64,000 nucleotides of DNA, taken from Octopus bimaculoides (taxonomy: Eukaryota). This document shows, one piece after another, positions 1 through 10,989 of the stretch (position 1 is its first letter; every line of letters begins with the position of its first letter). The position numbers were made by a program, and so were the translations under genes. Where the stretch lies: positions 3,638,333 to 3,702,332 of the forward strand of contig NC_068983.1 in assembly GCF_001194135.2 (NCBI RefSeq), in the 5' to 3' direction. The notes under the pieces are model-generated. The model searched no databases and was not told the DNA's origin. It saw only the letters and a program-made list of their open reading frames with translations.

Positions 1-270
1 TTTTACTCGAAGGAGGTATTTGCGAAGTGTTGTATTACTCTTGAATACTGCCCTGATGTCATATGGGCCGCATATCTTTTGTATCTTTTCGAAGAGGTCT
101 TTCACATAGGATAGACAGACTGTGGACAGTTTATTGGTTTCATCCTCTCTTTTCTTCATAATTGGAGTGGATAGTATGCTTCTGGGGTAGCTGTTGCTTA
201 ATAGATTGTTACTTAACTTGATCATTTCTTCGTGGTGGGTATCACGATGGCTACTTATATTCTTTGCTCA
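1..270 (-). mobile_element. Penelope-like element (PLE) fragment: RT thumb/linker region upstream of the GIY-YIG domain; continues off the window edge
   Basis: Minus strand reads AKNISSHRDTHHEEMIKLSNNLLSNSYPRSIL...TVCLSYVKDLFEKIQKICGPYDIRAVFKSNTTLRKYLLRVK, matching the PLE pattern RAK.I...E...L..N.YP...LPYV...EKI.....IR..FK...TL...L..VK. Confidence 0.7.
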
Positions 271-648
271 ATGTTTTAGCGATCGTGATACCCACCACGA
301 AGAAATGATCAAGCTAAGTAACAATCTATTAAGCAACAACTACCCCAAAAAAGATACGCATTTAAGATATGGTACGGTAGGGTATTACGATAATTTAAAC
401 GAGGAGGGTGGACGATGCGGAGGGAGAAATGGCCAAAGGAAGTCAATGGTTGAAAAAATTTGATGACCCCTGATTTAAACAAACATTTAAAAAATTTTAT
501 CAAAAGTGTATGAAAAGTAAAAAAGATACTACTGTAGGGCAGGATTCGTGACAGACAAACCATAAACAGAAACTTCGCTGCGGGCTTAGCTTGGAAGTTG
601 GTCAACAGGAAAACAAAAGGAACTTCCAGTCGGAGAAGAAAAACAAAA

Positions 649-904
649 GGATCTTTTTGGTTTGACGGGCAACACTTGTTTTCTTAACGAAACACTTTCA
701 AACTTGGGATATTGGTAGAATGTGTCATATGAAACGTCTTTTTCCGAAATCCAACTTTTTACATGAAATAACTTCGAATACAAAAATTTTTACCTGTTCT
801 ATAATACAAAATATACAAGTATACGAAGTTTGAAAGTTTTTCGGTACCAAAAATACTACATAAAACATTAATGAAAAATGTTGCCCGTCAAACCAAAAAG
901 ATCC
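649..904. mobile_element. MITE with perfect 26-bp TIRs and 8-bp TSD (Merlin- or hAT-type)
   Basis: ggatctttttggtttgacgggcaaca (649-674) is the exact reverse complement of 879-904; flanked on both sides by aaacaaaa (641-648, 905-912). Confidence 0.85.
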
Positions 905-1577
905 AAACAAAAGAATGTCAACTGTAAGCGTGAAACGAATCTGAATGAACAAAACAGAAATGATTGGCGACCTAAGCCCGGGTGTACGTAAAGTAATAAA
1001 CCTTTGATAAATGTATTCTCATGTCCACTAATTTGTTTACGTATAGCTTAATGAAGTTATAATTATATATAATGTTTCATGTTGAATTAACGGTCATTCA
1101 GTCATTATTGTAATAATAAGCACGAGGAAGAAAAATGCTTTCAATTCTGTCCGTGTACAAGTGGCCCTCAAAAAACTTTCTATAATTAAAATGTGCCGCA
1201 ATGTAATTCGAGTTGGCCAAGCCTGTAACAGAATATTCACTTTCAAGTGTAAAGTATTACGTCCTTCACTCTGTGCGTGTGTGCGTATGTGATGCAATCA
1301 ATCAATCCCTCCATCATCTTCCTGACAATGCACAAACAAACACTCATACATACACACACGCACATGCACATACACTGATACACACGTGGTTGAGTATCAT
1401 CTGGTCGTTTTATTGTTCACATTGTGAATTTCCTTGTTATTCAACAACAAAGGTAATAATCTATTGGTTAACAATTATCCGTATCAACAAACTCATCGAT
1501 GGACACACACCTTTTCTGTCACTTCCTCCCCCTCTCTCTCTCTCTCTCTCTCTTGCACACAAACCAACCTGAGACCA

Positions 1578-1586
1578 CACGTAAGT
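1578..1586 (+). promoter_or_regulatory. Candidate 5' splice donor (CAC|GTAAGT) of a non-coding first exon, possibly of the LicD gene at 5629
   Basis: Consensus GTAAGT at 1581-1586 after unique sequence; a matching acceptor lies at 5571-5572; the link is inferred. Confidence 0.3.
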
Positions 1587-1859
1587 TCGCTAAGTTAAAC
1601 TCTATTGTTCTGGAGCTTATGTTACATTTATATAAGCTAACAATGATGAATAACTAATGGATACTACATAAAAAGGCCTGCCGCGCGTAGATCAAGCAGT
1701 AAAGCGGATACTAGCGTATAGAATAAAATAAATCAAGAATTATTAACTGAAGTAACTCATATACTTGAAGGGAAAACACCATTATCTTTATGACTGACGC
1801 TACTCAAGAAATGAGCTGAGCAGTGCAGGGACAACTCTGGACATTTTCCTGTCTTATCA

Positions 1860-2150
1860 AAACTATTAATGATGGATCATCCGTCTGTTTCAACGATGAG
1901 CTGTCCATTGTTTAATTGACTGAGATATCTTCTTAAGTTAACGTAAGCGGCCGAGTATCCCACAGGCATGTATACGCTTGACGTAATACTCAATGAGATA
2001 CGTACCAGCCTTTGAATTACAAGTACAATCCATTCGATGGTCTTCTACACAGTTTCCATCTACCCGCAAAAGTTATTATGGTAAATGGGAGTTGCTCAAA
2101 ATGCTGCGTTGTGAGACTGAGGTTCACGTTTTAACCATCCGGCAATGATT
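1860..2150 (-). mobile_element. Degenerate SINE related to the family at 22856-23240
   Basis: Diverged similarity to the SINE body (gttaacgtaagcggccgagtatcccacaggcatgtatacgcttgacgta vs ttaacgtgcaagtggctgagcactccacagacacgtgtacccttaacgta). Confidence 0.4.
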
Positions 2151-3095
2151 AGGTTTTCATGTCTTCATCAAAAAGACAAAAGTTTCACCCAGTTGATTGC
2201 AATCTTGGGCGACATTTCGACATCAGTACAGTTTCCAGTTAGGGACACATCAAGCACTTGCTTGGGGACCCACAGGTTCAGGTGCTAGTTGGTTCAAGTT
2301 GCGTGTGAGTGTGTGGGTATATAAATGTGAAGTTTTATAAATATGTATGCGTATGTTTGTATGCACGAATAGTAGATATCGTCCTAAAAAAAAAAAACAG
2401 CACCCTAACACATTGAAAAGCGAAAGACAAAGAAAAATAGAGGAGATGGTCAGAATTGGAATGTCGTTGATCTTAGACTTGCTTGACCAGGGTTGGGTTT
2501 CAGGTATGCAGAACAGATGTGTGTCCCTCACAATATTTGAAATACAGATACATGATTGTAAGTTTTCAAGATGGCAACAGTGTAGTTGTGTGATAATGAC
2601 GTTAACTTTGTAATAACGGGATTTCGGGTTCCAGATTAGCTTTGACAACAGATTCTAGCATAATTGCAGCTCAACCGAAACCTTATCAGTCAAAGTGGAA
2701 GAAGTCGTTGTGGATCGGTGATGTGGATTGTATCTACCGCTGAATGGTAAACTTAATCTATTGCAAGGTTTAAGACATTTAACTGGGCCCCTAGCCGTCT
2801 TTAACCAATTCCACGCTGTTATAAGAATTCAAACCAATTCTAAAGTCTGAGGTGGTGGTGGTGACGATGATGTTGCTGTTTCTGCTACTGTGATCAATTA
2901 CAGCAGCACGCCACGTCCCACCCCGCTACACCGCACAAGACCCCTAACCCTCTGTCTCGAGATTGTGAATAGTTGCAAACACAACAACAGCAACAACGAC
3001 AACAAAAACACCACCAACATCAAAGACAACAACCACCTTGATTCAGTAGCAGAAACGGCAGCAACAGAAACAACAACAACAACAACAACTATAAT

Positions 3096-3133
<38 letters not shown>

Positions 3134-3235
3134 TGTCGTCGTCATGGAGTACAGCTAGATATTTCAATTTTAAAGACAGGTGCCACTACATCTCCCCCCC
3201 ACCGAATCAGTTACCCGGATGAATCCTTTATGTTT

Positions 3236-3665
3236 GAAATAGCAGCTATCCTCATGTATTGTTAAACATTACTAGAGTTGTGTTTTTGAAACACGATGTA
3301 TTTATTGCAAACTTTATTTCACCCCGATATTTGAAACAGCCACCCGGATTGGATGATGATATTTGAAATAAGAGAGAGAGAGCTACCAGAATGTATTGTA
3401 AACATTACTACATATCTATATCTAAAACAGCCACCCGGATTAGATGTTTATATATAAAATACACCACTCTTGAGAGACTGTAGATACCACTACCTCCTTA
3501 TGCACCACCCCGCTAGGCCTCTATTTAAAACAGCCACCCTCATCTATTATAAACACTGTTGTATTCATAAAACTGAAACTCAGCCACCCTCAAGGGACAG
3601 ACAGTAAATAGTATTCCACCCGTTTATTTGGAACACAGCCCCACCCCTGGGAGACTATAAACAGC
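3236..3665 (+). repeat. Degenerate tandem array built on aaacagccaccc units (about 5 copies, irregular 50-100 bp period)
   Basis: aaacagccaccc-like motif recurs near 3335, 3425, 3527, 3577 and 3632. Confidence 0.45.
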
Positions 3666-4203
3666 TGTGTGAGAAAATCGCTCTTCATTTACCCCTCTTC
3701 AGTTCATTGCTGTTGTTGCTGTTAAAGATCGAGGTCAGCCCTGAATCGGTACACCTATCATCGAATCCAACCGTGACCACCTTTTCTGAGACGCATTTAA
3801 CGTTGCATTACATAATGTGTCCTGCTCTGTTTTCTTTTTTTCCTTTTTTTTTAACGTAGTAAGATGTATTTGAGAAAGATGTGAACTGGCTACTATTTTT
3901 AGCTAATCGAGTAACCACAGACAGACTCTCTAGTTAGCTCATACTGCTGCTGTTGTTGTGATAGTTACTGCTCTTGTTTTGTATTGTTTTGTTCTCGTTG
4001 TTTCGATTTACCATTCCACCTCTTCTGCCACTGCCGCCAGAAGAGGAAGGCTGGGAAGAATTTATTGAATGGAAGTCATTCCAAGAGAAAAGAAGCGTTG
4101 GTTTGGATAACAAAGGAGGGAATCTGAGCTGGTGCCAGACTCTATCGACGACTGCATCAATACGACTTGTCACTGATGCTTATGGATTAGACAAACTTCC
4201 TGT

Positions 4204-4321
4204 TACACACACACACACGCATACACACACACATTCATACATATACACATATAAACACATACACGTACACACATAAATACATATACACACACACACATAC
4301 ATAGAAGCACATACACACACG

Positions 4322-4375
<54 letters not shown>

Positions 4376-4525
4376 CACGCATAATACATATATATATATA
4401 TATATACACACATACCTACACATATACAATTACATACACACACGAGTACAAACAGAAATATACACAATCGCACACGCACATACATACATATATGCCCACA
4501 CGTATACACACACATTTGTACACAC
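4204..4525. repeat. Compound (CA)n/(TA)n microsatellite
   Basis: Directly visible; includes a pure (TA)n run at about 4324-4371. Confidence 0.95.
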
Positions 4526-5072
4526 CTAATTGCATCTAGCATTTAATAAGTTGTACCAGCCTTGTATCTGTAATTCGCTATTGTATTTTTCCAAGAGCGG
4601 TGCCAGCCTCCTCCTGGTAATTACTGTTGTAGCTGGCACCTACCATTTTCGGCATTGGAAGTGTTTGAGCGATTGCATTTGCGATTCCATTTCTTTGGAA
4701 TTCGGTCAAAAATAACAAGTGTTGAAAAACAGAGGAAGAACAAAGTCTACGCAAATTGGAAAAGTCTCTGAGGAAAAAGAAAAGAGAAAGAATTCTTGGC
4801 GGGGAAAAAAGGACTAAAATATTATTCAAAAAACGTTTAAACATTGGAATATTAATACATCGGATAAGAATTATCACTGAGTATGATAATACAGACTTTA
4901 TCATCATCGTCATTATTATTGCCAACATCATCATCGTCTTAATCATCATCAATTATCTGAAATTGCATTTCTTTATCTGCTGTTTTTCAACGCAGCCTTA
5001 AAACGCACTTTAATATACGCGCTTTATTAATGCAACCCCTATCTTTTTACTGTCGAATACACACACACACAC

Positions 5073-5109
<37 letters not shown>

Positions 5110-5237
5110 CTTAATGCGTTAATCTTCGTCGGGTCTGTTTCTTGATCATCAATTCTCATTTTCTTGCAGGTTCTGTACAACACTTTAAAGAGTAATATAC
5201 ATACATACATACATATGTGTGTGTATGTATGTATAAA

Positions 5238-5240
<3 letters not shown>

Positions 5241-5296
<56 letters not shown>
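5241..5296. repeat. (GATA)n tetranucleotide microsatellite
   Basis: Directly visible. Confidence 0.95.
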
Positions 5297-5298
<2 letters not shown>

Positions 5299-5540
5299 CA
5301 CAAGGGATTCAGGTTTTCGGGCAGACAGCTAGGCAAGCAGAGGGTGCTGGTCTTTCTTCATCTCTTTTTCCATCTCTCATTCCTCAATTTTCGGTCATCA
5401 GCTGCTGCAATTTATTCATTTGACATTGTGAAATTGCTTCCGTTTCCCCCACCCCCCGACTCCTGTTTGTTCCATATTTTTTCCACCCTCCACCCTTTCT
5501 GCCCGACTGTATTTCTCTTTCTCAAATACACACACACACA

Positions 5541-5572
5541 CTCTCTCTCTTTGTATATATATTCTCTCCTAG
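5541..5572 (+). promoter_or_regulatory. Candidate 3' splice acceptor upstream of the LicD CDS
   Basis: Pyrimidine tract ctctctctctttgtatatatattctctcctAG ending at 5572, 56 nt before the ATG. Confidence 0.5.
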
Positions 5573-5628
5573 ACTTCATCTCCATCATAAAATCACAGAC
5601 AACACCGTATAGAACATGAGAAATAACC

Positions 5629-6459
5629 ATGTCTTTTTGGCAGCCATGTAACATATTGATTTCCACTCTGCGACGTTTTCGTCGCTTCTTCTTCATTCTG
5701 GCAGCCTTTGTTGTGATAGCTACAGTAAACCATTTCTATATGCGAACCTCTCCACCGTCTTCCATCAAAGAATTCCAACCTCGTGTTACAGCCACAGAGT
5801 ATCGCCTGCTCTTGACACTCACGCGGATATTTGCCAAAGCAGCCGATACCGAAAACTTGGTTTACTTCTTATATGGTGGAAGTTTACTGGGATCGTACCG
5901 ACATCACGGATTTATACCATGGGACGATGATATCGATGTCATTATGAATTCTTCACAAAAGGAAGAAATCCGTCGGGCATTATCAGCCTACGAACCAAAA
6001 TATAAATTGTACGCACCTCCACATAAACAATGGAAATTCTACCGTGCTGATTCGGAAGCTTTAAAAGAAAAACCATTCCGTTGGCCCTATATTGATATAT
6101 TTTTCTTTCAGGAGGATGCAACTCACATCTGGGACGAATTTTTCTGGTATCAGTTTACTTATGTTTATGATAAAAAAAGAGTGTTTCCTTTGCAGAAACG
6201 ACCATTTGACAATCTCAGTTTGCCGGCTCCTTGCGACACGGAGTCCTTCCTAGGGACATATGCCGCCGATATGTGCAGAACTAATGCATTTTCGCACAAA
6301 GAGGAACGTTGGTTGTACAGACAAGCGCAGCTGCCTTGTTACCAACTTCGCGACAGTTTCCCTCTCGTTCAACGAACGAAAACAGATGATGGATGGACAG
6401 AAGTGTTATGGAACGGATCCATTGCCGTTCAATACTTTTATTCCCCGCACGCTTGTTGA
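5629..6459 (+). CDS. LicD/fukutin-family phosphotransferase (nucleotidyltransferase fold), predicted type II membrane protein, paralog 1, 276 aa
   Basis: LicD signature GGSLLGSYRHHGFIPWDDDIDV, downstream WPYIDIFFF (third acidic ligand); N-terminal basic RRFRR followed by a hydrophobic segment FFFILAAFVVIATV; uninterrupted ORF. Confidence 0.92.
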   Translation: MSFWQPCNILISTLRRFRRFFFILAAFVVIATVNHFYMRTSPPSSIKEFQPRVTATEYRLLLTLTRIFAKAADTENLVYFLYGGSLLGSYRHHGFIPWDDDIDVIMNSSQKEEIRRALSAYEPKYKLYAPPHKQWKFYRADSEALKEKPFRWPYIDIFFFQEDATHIWDEFFWYQFTYVYDKKRVFPLQKRPFDNLSLPAPCDTESFLGTYAADMCRTNAFSHKEERWLYRQAQLPCYQLRDSFPLVQRTKTDDGWTEVLWNGSIAVQYFYSPHAC

Positions 6460-6461
6460 GG

Positions 6462-6467
6462 AATAAA
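6462..6467 (+). terminator. Candidate polyadenylation signal AATAAA immediately after the LicD1 stop
   Basis: tga g g AATAAA aaaaaacacaaaa; the hexamer merges into an A-run, so it may be coincidental. Confidence 0.35.
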
Positions 6468-6504
6468 AAAAAACACAAAAACACAGCTATTGCATATTTT
6501 TGTG

Positions 6505-6732
6505 CATTATTATTATTATTTACTATTATTATTGTTGTCGTCATCATCATCATCATCATCATCATCATTACATTTCAGCAACGTTCTTTTTATTTGTATG
6601 CTTTCACAGCACAGCTGGTCCCATTTCTTTCGCACGTCGACTCTGTGCAGTGTTTCGGTTCAGTTTTATTTAATCTTTTGTATTCAAAGTATCCTAAGTA
6701 ATATGTATACAGCGTCTTTATTATTATTATTG

Positions 6733-6763
<31 letters not shown>

Positions 6764-6787
6764 CATCATCATCATTTATTATTATCG

Positions 6788-6822
<35 letters not shown>

Positions 6823-6876
6823 ATTATCATCATCACTATCATCATTATTATTATTATCATTATTATCGTTATTATC

Positions 6877-6908
<32 letters not shown>

Positions 6909-7021
6909 TATTATTATTATCATCATCATTATCATAATTATTATTATTATTACTATTATTATTATTATTATTATTATCATTATTATTATTATTATTATTA
7001 TCGTCATTATTATTATTATTA

Positions 7022-7070
<49 letters not shown>

Positions 7071-7074
7071 CATT
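6505..7074. repeat. Very long compound (ATT/ATC)n trinucleotide microsatellite (main block about 6718-7074)
   Basis: Directly visible; source of the spurious poly-Ile ORFs. Confidence 0.95.
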
Positions 7075-7077
7075 GAA

Positions 7078-7272
7078 AGCGGCAGCGGCGAGCTGACAGA
7101 ATCGTTAGAAGCATTTCGTCTGCCTCTATGTTCTGAGTTCAAATTCCGCTGAGGTCGACTTTACCTTTCATCCTTTTGGGGTCGATAAGATAAGTACCAG
7201 TTGAATACTGGGGTCAATGTAACCCACTTACCCCAACTCCCTAAATTGTTGGCTTTGTGTCAAAATTATAAT
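7078..7272 (+). mobile_element. tRNA-headed SINE family B (core ctttcatcctttcggggtcgataaattaagtacc), tail type B; a partial copy follows at 7468-7610
   Basis: Head ggcgagctgacagaatcgttag...gagttcaaattcc with A/B-box-like motifs; same core recurs about 10 times in the window. Confidence 0.8.
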
Positions 7273-7899
7273 TATTATTAAGTGCCTTGCTGTATTTATT
7301 TCTGTCCCATTACATTCTGTTCATTCCCATACGTATCACACAAGTCTTTTTGGGATCGATTTAACCAATTGATTTCTCATCGAAACACACCCGTGTTCCC
7401 ATGTTCGAAAATTATTATTATTATTGCAACACCAGAGAAAATGCCAACTACCTTTCGTTCGTCCCTACATTCTGCGAAATCAACTTTGTCTTTCATCCTT
7501 TCGGGGTCGATAAATTAAATGCCAGCCCAAGCACCGGGGTCGATTACATCGACATACCCCCTGCCCCTAAATTTCAGGCTATGTGCCTGTATCAGAAAGA
7601 ATTATTATTGCTGTTGTTACAGCATCTTTGGTCGGTGGACTCCGTTAATGCTCTTCATCCAGCTTTTAAGGATCCTTCTTCAGAGAAATCATGCAGTTCT
7701 TAAGCAACGTTCTTTTTCTTCACATATATACCCTCATCCTTTTCAATCCAGTTTTACAGCTTGGTCCATATAGTACCCAAGGCTCTATCAATTATGGGTA
7801 CAAGATCCACCTTACTCAATGACCAAAGTCTTGTTCTTTTTTTTTTATCCCCCATTTCAAATCGTCATATCTGCCCTGCTATTCTTCTTTTCTTTCTCA

Positions 7900-8025
7900 T
7901 CACCAATATTAAACAAGTTTTACATTATTTACATTGTTTACATTATTTACATTTGACAGATATTTGTCCTCATCTTTTTTCGTTGTTAACACAACGTTTT
8001 GGCTGATATACCCTTCAGGCAGTGA

Positions 8026-8030
<5 letters not shown>
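7900..8030 (-). mobile_element. PLE-type terminal repeat fragment, inverted relative to the copy at 8255-8435
   Basis: Reverse complement contains gagggtatatcagcc.aaacgttgtgttaacaac...gatgaggacaaatatc...aatgtaaataatgtaaa, as at 8320-8405. Confidence 0.6.
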
Positions 8031-8065
<35 letters not shown>

Positions 8066-8184
8066 GTCAAAATTAAAAGAAGAGTGCCACTGTCATCTAG
8101 TGAACAATATTTCAACATCTTGTGTCTTCAACAGTTTCAAAAAATAATTTTGTCAATCTACTTCATTTGGTTAATATATAAAGG

Positions 8185-8248
<64 letters not shown>

Positions 8249-8254
8249 CAACAA

Positions 8255-8435
8255 CATCAAAAAATACGTTAGGAATGAGAACCCAGGTTCGAAATTTCCC
8301 CAAGACTCTGATGAAGGCTGGAGGGTATATCAGCCGAAACGTGTTAACAACAAAGAAGATGAGGACAAATATCCATCAAATGTAAATAATGTAAATAATG
8401 TACATAATTCCTCATCTCTCAAATATAGAAGTGTA
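8255..8435 (+). mobile_element. PLE-type terminal repeat containing a hammerhead-like core
   Basis: CTGATGA (8308-8314)-A-GGCTG/CAGCC stem-GAAAC (8336-8340); inverted partner at 7900-8030. Confidence 0.6.
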
Positions 8436-8623
8436 TTAAACAAGTTTTATTCCTCTTTAATCACGACCATTCTATCCAGATTTTGATTTTCAGTTTCATG
8501 ATCAGATTGAATCATTACTGTTGTTGTTGTTGTTGATATTGCTGTTGTTACTATTACTGAAAGAGCAGCACATGCCATCATAGTGACACTGGAGTACAAA
8601 TATACAAAACCCAATTAATTATT

Positions 8624-8850
8624 AGGCGACGGGCTGGCAAAATCATTAGCATGCCGGACAAAATGCTAATTGGCATTTCATCCATTGCTATGTTCAGAGT
8701 TCAAATTCTACTGAGGTCAATTGTGACTTTCATCCTTTCGGGGTTGATAAATTAAGTACCAATGAAAGACTAGGGTTGATTACATTGACTCATCCCTACA
8801 CCTGCACAAACATTTCAGGCCTTGTGCCTAGAGTAGAAAGGATTATTATT
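8624..8850 (+). mobile_element. SINE family B, tail type B
   Basis: Full head, core and tail ending aggccttgtgcctagagtagaaaggattatt. Confidence 0.8.
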
Positions 8851-9713
8851 ATTTTTGTTGTTCAGTCTAAGCTCACGCTTCCTGCCTCCAAGAAATGCCG
8901 AGTCAAATCCAAGTGACCAATAAAACACGAGATATTCATTTCCATGAACTGAAGAGAGATGGCCAAGCATCTCTGGAAATATTCAGCTTTACTACAATGG
9001 TTTGGTCTATTTTGGAAATATCCATGAATTTAGAGGGATTCAATGAAATAACCAGAGGAGTTTTTTTGAAATAACTGGCCTTCGAAGTCCCATACAGTAT
9101 GCAGCAGAAAAACCTCCCATATTTTACACAGCCATTGGTGTGGCACTAATAAAGCCAGGCATGTTATAATGTAATCTCAAGTAGCTAACGTATTCCCATT
9201 TGTTTACTCTTGTACTTGTTTCAGACATTTGACTGCAGCCATGCTGGAGCACCACCTCTAGTCGAACAAATCGACCCCAGGACTTAGGGTTAGAGTTGAC
9301 TAAATAAATACCAGTTACGCACTGGGACCGATGTAATCGACTTAATCCCTTTGTCTGTCCATGCGTGTCCCCACTATGTTTAGCCCCCTGTGGACAATAA
9401 AGAAATAAAAATATACATTATGGAATGATAAATACGGTAGTCCATTGCTGGGATTTAAGCAACAACAAAAAATTTGCTTTAAATCTTTAACCCTACCCCA
9501 CATCAAGCATGTGTGTGTGTGTGTGTATGCTTGTTAGTGTGTGTAAGAAAAACATTTACTAACAGAAAAGTATGCTATTAAAATCAACTGTCTTTTAAAT
9601 CACCTTGTGGCCCTAATGAAACTCCTCACACACACACTTAGCAAAGTTTCAGCCAGTATTGGTCGAGGCCATGGCGAACTTAATAGCATCACCTGGAATA
9701 CATACACACACAC

Positions 9714-10088
9714 ACTCTTTTACTTGTTTCAGTCATTTTGACTGTGGCCATGCTGGAGCACCGCCTTTAGTCGAACAAATCGACCTCAGGACTTATTCTT
9801 TGTAAGCCTAGTACTTATTCTATCAGTCTCTTCTGCCAAACCGCTACGTGACGGGGACGTAAACACACCAGCATCGGTTGTCAAGCGATGTTGTGGGGAC
9901 AAACACAGACATATATATATATATATATATATGAAGGGATTCTTTCAGTTTCCGTCTACCAAATCCACTCACAAGGCTTTGGTGGGCCCGAGGCTATAGT
10001 AGAAGACACTTGCCCAAGGTGCCACGCAGTGGGACTTAACCCGGAACCATGTGGTTGGTAAGCAAGCTACTTACCACACAGCCACCCC
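9714..10088 (-). mobile_element. tRNA-headed SINE family A (head ggagtggctgtgtggtaag...ggttccgggtt.agtcccactgcgtggcaccttgggcaagtgtctt)
   Basis: Near full-length; closely related copies at 27291-27592 (-), 36248-36626 (-), 41214-41590 (+) and several partials. Confidence 0.85.
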
Positions 10089-10989
10089 TATATATATATA
10101 TACACACATACAAACAGAAAGACAGACAGACAGACAGAAAGGTAGGTGAATAGGTAGGTAGGTAGGTTGAATGAGAGAGTCTGACAGGAGATTGCTAGAT
10201 AAATCAATGGATGAGTGAATAGAGTGTGAAGTTTTGTGAAACAGCTGAGAAGCCGTCCAATGACCTACTAAGGTTGGCAACACACGATTGACGATGGTGA
10301 TGATGATGATGATGATGACAATTGAATGCTGACAATAGATAAAAGCAATATTAAAGTTGTTCCAATCTAAGGAAACATCTGCCTGTCCCTGTCCCCTCTA
10401 AGCCAGTCATTAATCCTCATAAACATCTACCTAGGTCCCTTCTCTGCACCCCTAATTCATCTGCTGTTCACACCCTCTCTTCATTAGTCACCCCAACTAC
10501 TTACCATCTCATTGTGACTTCATGCTTCAGCTATACAATACACACTGTGTCAGTGTGTGTGTGTGTAAATGAATATACATCTAAAAGAATAAAAGAAAGA
10601 ATATATATATATATATATAAACAATATATGAGTATATGCATATATACCAAAGTTATCAGTTATATATATATATATATAACTAGTCCATTAGAAAATCTCT
10701 GTTCAAGCTAGAAGCAGTATACAAACCAAAAGGCAGTGTTTATCCCCACTTTAATGTGGGTGTCCGTTTCAGAGACGACGATACTGCAATTTTAACCCCA
10801 GGACAACATCTCCAGCTGGTTTATTCGGTGTGCTTTCCGCACTCAATATTTATTGCAAGTGGGAGATAATTCCAGCTGTCGTAGCTTTGAGACCACCAGA
10901 CCACATGATTTCAATCTTGTTAGATCTCTTCAGTGGTGGGCACTCTTTTACCTGGCATGGCAGGAGTTTAACCTCATTTGCAATACTTC

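Noticed and set aside
3974-4276. Neuropeptide-precursor-like ORF (hydrophobic start, KR site)
   Set aside because: TTG start immediately after in-frame stops; the hydrophobic part is a polypyrimidine tract; ends in a CA microsatellite
5629-6459. Bacterial contamination or a recent horizontally acquired licD operon
   Set aside because: Embedded among host SINEs and microsatellites, with splice-acceptor context, type II TM topology and no operon neighbours (licABC); an ancient origin needs a phylogeny
6490-7152. 220-aa and 152-aa poly-Ile/Leu ORFs
   Set aside because: Translations of the (ATT/ATC)n microsatellite, which is stop-free in some frames
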